Below, in pieces: positions 19,415 through 32,600 of a DNA stretch of 64,000 nt (the first letter of the stretch is position 1; each line of letters opens with the position of its first letter). Under the pieces are notes generated by a model. The model ran no database searches. It was not told where the DNA came from and was given only the letters and a program-made list of their open reading frames with translations. The stretch comes from Corallochytrium limacisporum Hawaii (taxonomy: Eukaryota > Protista > Pluriformea), in contig PDIP01000014.1 of assembly GCA_002811645.1 (NCBI GenBank), forward strand, positions 1 through 64,000, read 5' to 3'. Both the position numbers and the translations under genes were made by a program.

Positions 19415-21059
19415 GCCTGCGCGCACAATTCACCCTCTCTTGTTATCCCCAACAGCAATATATACTTGTGATCAGCCACCTCTGGCCTGATCGGGTTACA
19501 CGCTTAACTCAGAGAGCGTATACAGAGCTTGCTATTCCGATGTGGTCTGCAAATAGACTGTGATATGACAGACTGTACACAACCTCGGTGGTACTGGATT
19601 GAGTGCGGTCTCAAGGACCTGCAAGTCACCAGTCAGCCACATACTCACAACCGCAGTCGCAGGATGAAACTGTTTGAAAAGCAATGCGCTCAGATGGAAA
19701 GGGAATGATAACTTCGACAAGGGCCTTGCAAGCGCCATTCCATTGGAAACTCAATAGATTTTACCGTGATGGCTGCACAAATGACTTGCTGCCCAGACCC
19801 GGTGCGATAGTGTGGCCCATTGCAACGAAAAGGCGGTAGTACTCTGTGCCAGCTGTGGGCCTGCTGGCTACATTCCCGACATCCCAACGTACTCCTCTAG
19901 TCGGAGCTCGCTAGACTTGCCAGCGGTGCCACCGGCATCGCGTCAGTCGCTGGTTCGCACTCCCCCATGTACGCAGCACAATTGCAAGCACTCCTCCGAC
20001 CGCCCCCCGCTGCAGTTTGGACCCCATTCCCGCTATCCAGCATCTGCCCCCGCTCAACGACACACCCGGTAGGGTTACAGAACCGGGGAGCTCCCATAGA
20101 AAATGTTCGCACTGAAAACTCTTGGTCTCACAATAGTGAGGACCGCAGAAACCTATTTTTGTCGGGTGCTTAAACATACGAGTAAAGTGCTTGGTCGATG
20201 GTCAGCACGAGCGGCCCGCTGCTCAAGACTCGTCTTCTGGCCCTTCCTTAATCTGGAGTGTACAAGCTCCTTGTTGACAATTGAGTTTCGGTCCGATTGA
20301 GGGGCAACTGCTGCTGTTGCGAACAATAATGCTTCGATCCACCATTAATTTGCGAATCGGAGCATCCGCAGTAAGCTCATGGTTTCAAGCTACTCGCAAG
20401 AGAAACGTCGCTTGCTTTCCCCATTCCCGGGTAGCCTCAGCTCAATGACGTGAACCGAGGTCGCTCATTGCAGGAGTCAGTGTTGCCCAATTTTCAATTG
20501 CTGTTCGCTGAGCTGTTGATGTCCCGCACCAGTCAAGCGTATCAGAGGTTCTCGCGAATTGAGACCCGCACCTCTCTGCCCCAACCCATCTGTCTCGCTA
20601 CCTCCCTCCCCTGCAGTGTCACACATTTCGCGCGCCGTACAAAAGGCTTGCGTCGGGAGGCATGAGCACCGGCCCGCAGGAGAATGGTAACCTGCTGCGA
20701 AATTTTGCGGAGTTGCCTCGGGTCGACTTGTTCGCCTCCTCTGCCAAAAATTCTTCAAGTTTTTCATCGTGTCTAAAATTAACCGTCGCAGCCCGTAGCA
20801 CTGAATGTACTACGGTCAACCCGCAGGGGCTGAGTCGGCTGGCTTACTCGCTCTGCTGACATTGAACCCTTTCTCTTGAACAATCATTGCGACGGGCAGG
20901 AAGAGGAACAGAGTAGGCTTCACATTGCGCGCCGATGATGCAATACCGGAGAGCACATTTTCAACCTACACTAGGTGCCAAAACATACCAAAGCACTGCT
21001 GCCAGGCGGAGATGTTACCACTGATAGAAATTCCCCACCCTCAGTCCCCCTCAAACCCC

Positions 21060-21291
21060 NNNNNNNNNNNNNNNNNNNNNNNNNNNNNNNNNNNNNNNNN
21101 NNNNNNNNNNNNNNNNNNNNNNNNNNNNNNNNNNNNNNNNNNNNNNNNNNNNNNNNNNNNNNNNNNNNNNNNNNNNNNNNNNNNNNNNNNNNNNNNNNNN
21201 NNNNNNNNNNNNNNNNNNNNNNNNNNNNNNNNNNNNNNNNNNNNNNNNNNNNNNNNNNNNNNNNNNNNNNNNNNNNNNNNNNNNNNNNNNN
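21060..21291. other. Assembly gap (232 N)
   Basis: Run of N flanked by C-rich low-complexity sequence. Confidence 0.99.
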
Positions 21292-23041
21292 CCCTACTCC
21301 CTCCCCTCCCGGCTCTAACCTTCCTTCTTCTCCGAACCCAGGGAACTGCTTCCAATCCTCCAGGGACTTTCGATCGACGCGGGCAGGCAGTGCAGCGCCC
21401 CCAAATCGATCCCGGGGAGGAAATGTATTTATCAATTGCGTAGCTGGGGATCCGGTACTCTATGTACGCAATTTGCGAGAGATCCGGGAGGCGTCCGGAC
21501 GCGGCAGCACCGAGGGAGAAGCAGAGGGGGGGTCAGTTTAAGTTACCTGCAGCTGCCGCCGCGGATCATTTTCTTTTCAGACTGACGAAGAATAGATGGT
21601 ATTCATGCAATGGCACACACCCGCTGTTCCCTTCTTCTCGTTTTGTGGCTTTTCTTCTCCTTCTCGTTCCTCAGAACAACTGCAGCGCTTGCCTTGGAGG
21701 AAATCATCAGCGGACGGCAACTCACCGCGCCCCACACACGGTCTGTGACAATGAAGTACTGTGAGGTAAGGCACCTCGCCAGTTGTAGAAGCACAAAGCA
21801 AAAAAGCAATCCTGTTCTCCGATTCCCAATCTATTTTCCTCCTCTTTCCTCCTGCCCTTCTTCTGTTTTCCCTGGCACTTTCGCTCGCTGTGGTGTTGTA
21901 TGTACTGCAATCGCCGCCGCAGGCACCGTCAGCAGTGGCCACCAATTGGTCGAGCTCGAATGGCTTTTCTCCTTCACCGGCTGCAAACTTTGGGGCGGGA
22001 AAATAGTGGGCACTCCCAACCACAGTTTACCTACAGATCAATCACATCAGTGCCGGTAGCGGATCGAACGATTTCGATAAAGACCTCAGTAGTATATTAA
22101 ACGTAGAATTGAACGATCGACCCCAGTGACTCCTGAATTTGCTGCCGAGAGAGTTTAAAGGGGATGGGATAGCATAGCGCAAGGATTATTCACCACTTTG
22201 TCCTTGGAACTCCGACAAGTAATACTCGGTCAGCACGTACGCACAATTGCAGCGCTAGCCGGCAAATTGCATCTTGGGCAATGCCTGGTGTATTCAACTA
22301 TTGGAAATGGAATGAGTATGTAAACATGTGTTCGGCGGACTGAAATCACAGTGCAAGGAAGAATGCAGCCTGTAATGGAACCATCACCTTTGTGAGCCTG
22401 GTTGTGTCAGTTGATCAGCATCATCACGGGATTTCGTCCACGCAGATGCCCGCAAGCGCTGCCAGTGACGACGAGGCTCTACTGCGCTGTTGTAAACAAG
22501 CATGAATCAAACCAAGCAACTGCAAACTCCAACTGTACTAGTGTGTCGACATCAATAGCCATTCCTCAGCATACTGAGACACGGTCACAGAAATCTCGAC
22601 GATTCTTTGACGCTGGAAAGGTCAGCAGTTCAGGTACAGCGCAGGGCGGCCCGAGAGCAGAATCCACCAGAAAATGTGAAGTACGTGTGAAATGAAGGAA
22701 GTCGCTGCGACCACGGCACAATCAGTGAGGCAATGGACATCTAGTTTCACTTGCCGTTTGTACCGGCTGGATTGCTGGTGCCACGGTGCACACCCACCAG
22801 AGAATGGCTGGCAAACCCGGGAATTTTTAGAGTTGGCAGCCCGAAGGCACACGTCCAATAGGCACAAAGGCCTGCAAACAGACCCGCCCACGATTGAGCA
22901 CAATATCCCCCATACCTCACGAGCAACTGAGTGCGCCCGGTGTGCTCCGCGACGGACGGGTACCTCGTTTCCACCATAGACTCAATAGTGCGATGTACTG
23001 CAAATAGGAAGTGGGTGTCAGCACCATTTTTGGCAGCGGTG

Positions 23042-23063
23042 CCTAAGATTGATCAATCTTAGG
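23042..23063. repeat. Perfect 22-bp palindrome CCTAAGATTGATCAATCTTAGG
   Basis: The 11-bp arm CCTAAGATTGA is followed directly by its reverse complement. Confidence 0.95.
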
Positions 23064-23155
23064 AGTTCGAATTGATTTATTTCCGAGGTATCGTCTCCAA
23101 ACGTGAGGGCGGGGCCTCTTAACCAAGTTTGTTTGGTACACTATTACAGAGTCTT

Positions 23156-25495
23156 TCAGACATCCAGAAGCAGGAAATGGTACCACAACCTCAGCGTCAA
23201 GGGCATATCATACATAACATCTCTCTCGGCACATGAGCTTGACAGACGAGTCATGGGACACTGGTGCTGAGTCCCAAGGATCTCATACAGACGTTCAAAA
23301 GCGCACTGCAGAAGCGGAACACGCCGTGGGTCCAGCCGCTTCGATATACCCACATCAATGAGGCCTTGAGCATGAACATACAGCCAGGGACAACGCTTCA
23401 AATATGTAAACTTCCGATTCGGTCTGTAGTCCCAGAGATCTACTTTCAACGGTTCACTCATCATAGCCATCATTAGTGATTCTTCGTACACCTCTGTCAG
23501 CTCTGCGCCCTTAAACTCTTGGATTAGAGGGGGGTGCAGTGCGGACACCAATCGTACCTTAAACACATTCATCTGGTCCATAGCAGCGTTAACATGACTA
23601 TTAAAGACAGCCAGAGATACGAACAGCCGATCCATCATCATAGCTAAACCATTAATGTCTAGTGATCGCTCAACCCATAGTGGCTGCTGTTTCAAAGAAG
23701 ACTCAAGGTTTAGGAACCATTGCAGTACCTCATCAAAATCTCTCCCGGTGATGAATGAGCCGGACCCTGCTGGTGAGAACATCAAGATGCGGACTGCATC
23801 CAACAGTGGTACTACGCTGCCAAGGACATGTAATCCTTTCAGATTGCGGACCCACTTTGACTCAACACTGCGGTGACACACAAATTGCATGTCAGGTGAA
23901 ATCCTAGGACCCCCATCGCTGTTTCCAAACCACTCCAGGACGATATTCGCAGCACGTTGGCCATGTTCTCTACTTCCCGTGGACCGGAACGAAAGAGCAT
24001 AGAACGTAATCTCGTCGACTAACTGCTGGAAAACTCTTGCGCCCTCAAGAGTGAGATGGGAGTGGCTTGCTCCAAGGGGGACTGCCTTGTCATCCCAGGC
24101 GGAGACATCAGCCCCTACTGGGTGTACTTCTCGCAGGCTAGCATCATCTTCTGGTATTCTTGTGTAGTACATCATGGTATGGGGCCCAATGCCCACGACA
24201 TCTTCGAGATACTTCCGATCAATCAAGTTTAGCAGCGTTTTCACTCCCTCAAACCTTGCATGGCCACGGTTTCGGATATCTGTCTCTTGATCCCTATTTC
24301 CACTAGGCATCCGAACAACAAAGCCAGCTCGTGGTATCTGGTCTCTTTCTAGGTCCGTGACAAATGTTTGCTGTGGCTCCCATGATTTTCGTTTGAAGGA
24401 ATCCCACTTTCCAGGAATCCTCAAGCGTAGCAACATTTCCACTTTGGGTAAGCGGCCGTAACGGTAATTCGGGTGGAATCGTTCAAGAGCAGTGCTCTTG
24501 AAAATGATCTGAGGTTCTTCGTCAGCATCTTCGTATTCCTTTGTGAAAACGTCGTCAATGTCAGCAGATCTGGCCATTGGTGTGTACAGATATTGTGCAT
24601 CTCCGTTAATTTTGATATCTGTTAGGAGACTGCTCCAAGCTGCTGGTGTAAGAATGCAGTTCCCATCCCACGGCAAGATGTACTCTGTATCCAACATGCG
24701 CCCAATGTCCAGCATTATGTTTCGCGCTCCGTTGTTGTGCATTGCGTACAGATTCTTGTCGTGATAAGTATGTTCGGTATACATCCATTGGCGATCTGGT
24801 GGCATCTTCTGGTGTTGCTTGCTGAGGAGATAGTCTAATTTGCGAAAGTCAAAGAGTCTCATCTCACGCTTTGCATAGGTGTCATAGTCAAAGTGAAGCA
24901 CCGCAAAAGATTTCTCGGCTTTCTCAAGAATAGAAATCAGTTCCGCTTCTACTTCAGCATCGATGATCCTATTCACCACCCAGAATTCTATCACATCCGA
25001 CTTTGTCACTTCTTCCCGCTCCAGTGCTAATTGGAGGTTATTGATGCTCTGTCTTGGATCATGCCGTGGTGGTAGAGCATTTCCAACAGTTCGAAGATAA
25101 GAAAATCGAGCAATATCCGAAAGACAGGGGTGTTGGGACAAGTCCAAGGTCATGGCCTCCAGCTCATTGAACTCAAGATCTTTCTGGAGAAGGTTTCCGC
25201 ACACGTAGATGTCCATGGTGTTGTGGTCACCTGGAAAGCGATCAAAAGGATCTTCCGATACTTCAAAATCTGGTAGATTCTCGAGAGGTGGACCAACACC
25301 TTTTGGGTGATATCCTTGTTGTTTGGGAGGGTCTTTGCGCTTTTTTCCGGGAGATGGGCTCCCCCCATTTCCAGGTGTGTCATAACTTTGCCATATCGAG
25401 TTCCACACGTAGATCACTGCGATGACGATGATGATTAGTGGCACTATTCGCCGCACTCGTAGCCCTCGGGTTGCTGGCCATGCTGAAAATGACAT
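23156..25495 (-). CDS. Type II membrane protein: glycosyltransferase-like domain fused to a degenerate alginate-lyase-like (PL5-type alpha/alpha) domain
   Basis: N-terminal TM (IVPLIIIVIAVIYVW), Pro-rich stem, then RTVGNALPPRH, WVVNRIID, LYAMHNNGARN, ILPWDGNC, EEPQIIF, RYGRLPKVEMLLRL..PGKWD. C-terminal FQQLVDEITFYALSF..TG...AANIVLEWF...ISPDMQF resembles alginate-lyase family helices. CDS certain, domain calls tentative. Confidence 0.6.
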   Translation of the reverse strand: MSFSAWPATRGLRVRRIVPLIIIVIAVIYVWNSIWQSYDTPGNGGSPSPGKKRKDPPKQQGYHPKGVGPPLENLPDFEVSEDPFDRFPGDHNTMDIYVCGNLLQKDLEFNELEAMTLDLSQHPCLSDIARFSYLRTVGNALPPRHDPRQSINNLQLALEREEVTKSDVIEFWVVNRIIDAEVEAELISILEKAEKSFAVLHFDYDTYAKREMRLFDFRKLDYLLSKQHQKMPPDRQWMYTEHTYHDKNLYAMHNNGARNIMLDIGRMLDTEYILPWDGNCILTPAAWSSLLTDIKINGDAQYLYTPMARSADIDDVFTKEYEDADEEPQIIFKSTALERFHPNYRYGRLPKVEMLLRLRIPGKWDSFKRKSWEPQQTFVTDLERDQIPRAGFVVRMPSGNRDQETDIRNRGHARFEGVKTLLNLIDRKYLEDVVGIGPHTMMYYTRIPEDDASLREVHPVGADVSAWDDKAVPLGASHSHLTLEGARVFQQLVDEITFYALSFRSTGSREHGQRAANIVLEWFGNSDGGPRISPDMQFVCHRSVESKWVRNLKGLHVLGSVVPLLDAVRILMFSPAGSGSFITGRDFDEVLQWFLNLESSLKQQPLWVERSLDINGLAMMMDRLFVSLAVFNSHVNAAMDQMNVFKVRLVSALHPPLIQEFKGAELTEVYEESLMMAMMSEPLKVDLWDYRPNRKFTYLKRCPWLYVHAQGLIDVGISKRLDPRRVPLLQCAFERLYEILGTQHQCPMTRLSSSCAERDVMYDMPLTLRLWYHFLLLDV

Positions 25496-26603
25496 CCTTG
25501 TTTGTAACGCTCTTCAGCAATGATCGGGTATACATCGTGCCCACTTAGGTCACGTCCATCTTTTCTTTCATCTGCTTTCCTACTTTTCCGCCCTTGTCAT
25601 CGGCATCACACACACTGACAATTTCACGGAGACATTTCCCTATCGTAGAACCTGTTTTGGATACCAAATAACAGCACCATACACCTCGAAAGGTTAACGT
25701 ACTCCTCTCCCGCCAAAATCACTGCAGCCTCCGCACAGGATTTTCAGAGATGCAGTGGCGCAGCAGTTGCGACCGAAAGCGGGGAAGATTGATCTGGAAG
25801 GGCTACCTAAACTGTGACAGCCGACCCCAATCCAATAGCCAGTGGGCAAGAACCTTTGATAACGGGCACGTCCCCACCTGGGAGCAACTGTTTGCCCGCT
25901 CGAATATCAGTCCCTCTCCTTTATGCCGCTCCCAATGTTTTTGGTTCTTCAGCTCTGGACATCGGAAACGCATCTACGATGCCTTTCCGGGAGTGTGCGC
26001 CATGTCGGGATAATGTGCATTCCCAGCAAGCCAATAAGAACAAGTCATAACAACTACGCGTCAGGTTTCATGTACTGGAGTACCGGGACGTAGCAGACAC
26101 GCCCTAGCGCAGCTAGATGTCGGTCGTAACAAGTCGTGTTGCGTCCCCATCGTCTGTAGTCTACGGAAAGAGGTTCAGCTGTAGCCGCACAAGTGATTGC
26201 TATGGTTGTGAATTGGCTGGGCACTTTTTCCATACATATTTTTACATTTCATCCGGCTGCCTCGCAAGGACTGCCCCAACCGCTTCTCTTGCATCGCTTG
26301 CGACGGGGAGTTATGTGTGGGCTCAACTAAGAGCAGGGAACGAAAAATCCGTACGCGATAGTGATCTGTTGGCGATGTGACTTTCAATACTTGTTCAAAG
26401 TACTTGGATGCATATCGATGGTTTGGTACTTGACGACTGACCAAAGACCAGTTCTGGAAAGTACTCGAGTTTGTGTTTCAGAACCAAGGACTGATGTCTC
26501 TATGCTCTGTTCGTAATTAACAGCCCGATCACCGGTGGGAGTGTGCGCAACAGATTGAACACCATGATACGTCAACGTTAGGTGTTCCTCATATAAGTGA
26601 CCA

Positions 26604-29600
26604 ATGTCACAATTAGACTTTACGGGCGACCTTTCGCAGGAGGAGCTGGAGGAAGAATCCCCAGCACAGGCCCTTCGCTATGGGGATGTCATATCTCTTT
26701 TCGCGGAGGGCTATGTCAGCGGCTTCTTGTCGTCGGTAAGTATGATCGATGATCGGTGTGTCGTGCAGCCTCTAGCCGGGAATACGGAACGGCCTCCTTT
26801 ACGATTCCGTGACTGCCTTTTTGAGGTACAACCAACCAGCAGATACAGTGCGCAGCAAGAGTATCGGAAAGCACTACAGCAAACAACAACCTTCCAGGAT
26901 GTTGTCTTGCTGACACGCTTAAAGAATGCAGCGGAAGCAGAGAAACAGCAGAATGAGGAGGACAAGGTAAAGCAATGTGGTTCAACTGTTCTGTATGGTC
27001 ATGATATCCAACTTTTGCATTGTATGTCGCAGAAATACCTCTCGGTGAACAAAACTTTGCCTGCACTACTCGAGAAGCAAGCCATGCGCGTGTCTCTGGA
27101 AAGTGAAGGCAGTGAGGGTTGTTATCTGACTCTGATGCCGTTCTACAACATTAGTTCACCGAGTGAACCTGTTACAGCAGAGTCGAGAATCGTACTCATG
27201 GCTCCGCTTACAGAGTCTGCGTTACACGCAAGTAACTATGCTCTCGGCGATCATGAAAACTCTTTGGAGGTTAACATCGGACCCGAGAAGACATGCTGGC
27301 AGCTAAACACCTTCTTGCCATGGTCGCCATTTTTGAGGCAGTCTTTGAAAGGCGGGGATGTGATCAGGCTGTTTCATTGCAAACAGGAAAAGTTTTTGAC
27401 AGCGGATCAACGTGACAATCAAATGATTGCATTTTTGCGGACAACAGGCAGGACATCGAAAGCCACTGCAATATCCTCCCAAGCATTATGGGAGGTAGAG
27501 GTTGTGCAAGAGAATCCATGCTGCAGCGGGGTTGGTATGTGGGATAGCTTCTTCCGATTAAAGCATCTGGCAACCAGCCAATACCTGACAGTTCATGAGG
27601 ACGCAGACGTGAAGTACTGCTTGTCAATGACGGACACAAAAAGCGATGTTCGGAATTTGTTTGAGTTCGTCCCTGTCAATGCGCCATTGCATAAGAACAG
27701 AATCGGAAGGGATGCGTACATTAGGCTCCGCAATCTTGCCACCGGACTAACGGCACATTCAAGTGATGTAGCGATCGACATCGAAAACGAGAAGCCAATC
27801 ATGCAGAAGGTGGCGGTGGGATCTAGCGACAAGTTTGAGGAAGCATTTGCTGTAGTACCGGTTGATCCAGATGAGGTCTATGATCTCGACTACGCTACAG
27901 AGGCGAGTCAGGTACTAGTTGTAATGATTGAAAACATCAAGAACGACAATCTTACAGTACGCATCCTTAAAATGGGTATCAAGGTTCTCGGAAGCCTAAT
28001 TGCATTTGTGTTGGGCCTGAGTGAGGCAGATGCATCGGACCCCTTGGCTATGACAGGGAAGCCAAATCGGGCCAGACAAAAACTTGTTCGGGAGCAGAGC
28101 TGTGTTGAGAACATCTTCAATGTCTTGGAGCTTATTTACCACAACGATGCCAGCAAAGAGCAATCAACGGATCGAAGGTCCGGGGGCATCAAGGAGTTTT
28201 CAAGAATGGGCTACCGGCTCATTCGGCTCAGTTTCGAAAACTACAGGAAGAACCAAGAGTACGTCACAAAGTGGCTTGGATTTATGCAAGGGCACATCGG
28301 AAGAGAAATTCTAGTGGAGGAGGCTATCACAGCCTTGCTAAACGGAAATAAGAAGCTGACAGAAAGCTATGTTAAGAGAGGGGAAATCGAAGTTTTCGTG
28401 CAGTTGCTGCAGCAGACTCGGAAACCGGAGTATTTACAGTACTTAACTGATCTTTGTGCATGCAATGGAGAAGTGATCAAGCGAACTCAGGGACTCATTT
28501 GCGATCTTCTTCTTGGCACGGAACATGATGAAGTACTGCTGAGAACAAGTTACAGTTCGGACGGCAGCATTTGCGTCACTTGGAAAGACTTCGAGGGCGC
28601 TGAACAAGAGAGAACTGTATTTGAGCTCGTGTCTACTTCATCCGCTGCACGTGAGCGAGCTCAAAAGGACGCAGCTTCCGACCTACTGGAGTTCTATCGC
28701 TTACAAATCGAACTGTATAGTGCAATGTGTCGCGGACGGAACACCACTGCAATTCACAATATTAGTCAACGGCTTCCGCTGGAGCTTTGTAAGAAGGGTT
28801 TGGCTGATCCCTTTTTGCCACCTGGACTGCGTGCCGCATTTAGTCAAACCATCATTGATGTGTATATTATCATAGACACCAGCAAAGAGTGTGATCCCAT
28901 TCAGTATGCTCGCCTGTGGCAGGATGTCGGCCTATCCTTTGATCTCCCAGACTATGTAATTGGGAACCCGAAGCCCGACATGACTGACTTGAAAGTATTC
29001 ATTCATGAGTTCGCAAACCACCTGACCAAATTTCCTGAGGACTTTGATAATCAATCTCGAAGTCAACTGACCTTGGCGGTGGTGTCTCTGTTCAAGAACT
29101 TGGTGAAATATGGCCATTATTCCTTGTCGGAGATGATGCGTACAGTGGCCCAATTGCTAGATATTTTTGCGCGACGTACTCAAATTTTTGACGTGCCGGA
29201 TGCCCTTGCACCAGAGACTCCAGGTGAGCAGGGGCCAGATAGCCCGCGGCCTATTTTCATGAGCCATCCCGGACTTCTGCAAAGCAAATCGTTGTCCCAT
29301 ATCCGATTGGCTACTCGAGGGAAGCAGCCTTCCTTTGTTGGTATCACAGCGAGCCTGGATCCGGATCCCACCAGTATGACTCAGCAGAAAGTAATCAGTG
29401 AGTTCATGGAGGTCTTGGAGTTTGTGTTGGATGTTCGCATAGATTTCCGAATCTCCCAGGCTCTAGTTGCCTACAAGCGTCATGCACTACCTCTCCTAAA
29501 CGATGAACCGGAAGGTTTCAGGCGCACGGCGGATGCTGCAGACTACACCGCAGACTATCATGAGATTGCCACCACGGCCACAAAAGATCTTGAGAAGTCC

Positions 29601-32600
29601 AGTTTGAAATGGGCGATGTTCCTAAAGGATAATCTTCGAGAGTGTAGAGAGGTTCTTGAGGGGGAATTTGACGATTTGGACGTCAGAAATTTCATCATTG
29701 TACTACTCAATGAAATGGTGGCAGGAAACAACGATGCTAATATCGCATCAGCAATGAGGGTGTTTTTGAGATATTTCAATGAACGCACGCATCTCAAAGA
29801 TTCGCTCAAACAAGTGCAGCTCTTGGTTAGCAATCGCGATGTACACATCTTCAAGGAAATTAGGAATGATCTGGATAGCGTGCGGGCGCACTCAGAGAAG
29901 ATTCGTTTGACCACTGGAATTGGTCCCGAACCGACTCCTGGTGCCGGGTTGAGGCAGATTGCGCCCGATATTGAGCATTATCGTGCCCTCCAAGGGGTCA
30001 TGGAACGCTTGTACAATCATCTCGTGAAGGAGAACGTTCTTGGTGCGTCATCGACCCAAATCCAGCGCCTTATGCGGAACCTCGGGGTCCATCGCGTGAT
30101 CATGGAAGTGCTTAAGTTACCCCTCAAGCATCGAAAGGAGAGAAACGAATTACTGTCCTTCGTGCATCGTGCCCTTGAGGCCTTCATGTGGGGAAATCCT
30201 TTGAATCAGCGCGTGGTATACGACATGCGTGACGTACTTTTCCGGGATATGGAAGAGGGGTTGGAGGCAGCTCACTTGAGCATACACGCTATGTACGCAG
30301 AGAATAGGGATCTGTGCCAATCAATCGAATTTGAAGAGATTCAGCGGATTGTCTCCTCTATTCAAGCATGGGGTCGAGAAACGCACTACTTGAAGATTTT
30401 GGAGATGTTCACGGGATTCGAAGGCGAACCGTTCAAAAATCAGCAAGAGTATGTGGCAAGGGCCTTGGCTGAGAATGAGGAAGTTCAACTGTTTTATGAT
30501 GATGATAATGCAGTGGCATTTCTGGGAAGTCTACACCATGCCAGGGATGAAGGGTTAAAGCAAGAGTTGGAATATCACTTGCAGCTTTTGAGGGTTTTGG
30601 CCAAGTGTTGCAAGGGCGATCACAACACGAAGACGGAACTAATCTGCCAAGCAATGCTGCCGCACGAAGATGTTGTCCGGGTCCTTGTCTATGACCAAAT
30701 TCCGTTTGACACAAAGTCTGTGTACATGGACTACTTGCATAACTCGTTCTTTGCCTCTGGCGTTGGTGCCGTGCAGATCTACTCCAGTCCTGCTATCTGG
30801 CACTGGTTCCAATACGCTACGGACAGTATTGCACGGTTTATAGATCAGGAACGACGGAGGCACAAGTCTGTCGGCGAGAACGTCTGCACAGATAGACCTC
30901 AAAATGATCCCCCGCACATGGCATACATCTTTCGGTCCTTAATTGGGCCCCTTAGCGACTTTCTGAAGCGGGGGGATGACGTCGGTGTACTCATGTTCTT
31001 TAGCCAGCGACTGGGAAACTTACGAGCGCTGCTCAAACTGATCTTGAAACTGCGGAGCATGAAGCACTACGTCAGTGTTTATAGAGAATCGCTGTTGGAT
31101 GAAATCGTCAAAGCGGGTTATGACATTGCCCAAAGCATTTACTACCCAGCGACAATTGATGCAGAACAGCATTTAGGATTGTCCCCGCGAGCAACGGAGG
31201 AGCTGGCTGAGATCGTAGGAACGAGTGTCAGTGCACGCAGTGCTGCACTGAAAGTGGCAAATCATATCATGAAACTTGTGCGGCAGAGGAGAAAGCGGGC
31301 ACTCACTGAGGCTGCATCGAAAGTTGGAAATCTCCAGATGCAGGATATTATGGACAGTTTTCGTAGGTTCGTGTCCTACATCGACACACATTTAACCCGC
31401 GGGGAGAGTGTTGAGAACTTGTCAGTTCTGCTGATCTTCGCGTATCCAGATCAATTGATCTATGCCAAGAGTTTTGTCAAGAGTCAGATGATTTTAGAGC
31501 ATCTCATTGGGAACTGCAAAAAGTTCAAAGGAGAGAATCTTGGCCTTACCGTGAAGATCCTGCAGCTCTTGCGCGAATATGTATACCTCGGGGAGAAGCA
31601 CGAGGAACTACTGGATGCGGCAAGATACATGCAACGACTGTTCAACGATGGTGCTGTCTTGCCCGTTCGCGGACTTGAGGAACTCCAGAACGAATTGAAT
31701 GTTGCTGGCGCCATGTCAATGATTGTGGACCTGGTGATTGCGAATGATGACCATCGGATATTTGTCCATGCCATTCAATGTTGCAATGCATTGCTTGATG
31801 AGGGCAATCCAAATATGCAAAAATCCTTTGCCCGTCGGTGTGCAGATGGAAGTGGAGAACCCTTCTTGAGGATCATGAATGACACTCTGGACCAACAAAC
31901 TGTGAGAGCACAAAAGAAAAATCTGCGAGGGACGATAGGGGACCAGAAAGGACATGATCTCAGCACCGACATTGTCCATACTGAAGAAATTCTTCGTTTT
32001 TTGCAGTTGCTGTGCGAGAACCACAATCCAGCACTGCAGAATTTCTTGAGGCAACAATCACGATCACGAGCATCGTACAATCTCATTCATGCCACACTTC
32101 GACTGCTCGACGCATTATGTGGACCCACCTCAGCAGGTATGGGTTCGTACATTAATGAGGAGATAATCACGCTCGTGAATCAGTGTCTCATTACGCTTAC
32201 AGAATTCTGCCAAGGACCCTGTCCGCAGAATCAACTGAGCATCGCCACCCACGACTCGAGAGGATTGGACTCGACCATTGCGATCATTCTGAATGATATT
32301 AATCCGATCGAGAAGGATAACCCTGCGGCGGTGCTGGAGTTGAGAGAACATGCAATACTGCTCTTGCTGTCCCTAGTCGAAAGCAGGAACGACAAGGTCG
32401 TTGCCTACCGTGTCACAATCAAAATGGACATCAAACTTCTTTTAGATCGAATTGAGTCGTACTACACCGCCGCGGTTCGCAGCAACCGACGAGGAAGGCT
32501 AGAGATTGGCCACAATATGTATATTTTGGCCAGATCACTGGCGGATATTGTTCCGGAGACTCGACATGTCTTTCTGGAAGAGAAGTCTCGGGAATCATTG

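Noticed and set aside
20925-21541. ORFs spanning the N run
   Set aside because: Artefacts of translating through the gap.
22090-22190. Scattered U6 snRNA-like words (AATTGAACGAT, TAGCAT, GCGCAAGGAT)
   Set aside because: No ACAGAGA box, wrong spacing and no internal stem-loop or poly(T) end; an Rfam RF00026 cmsearch would settle it.
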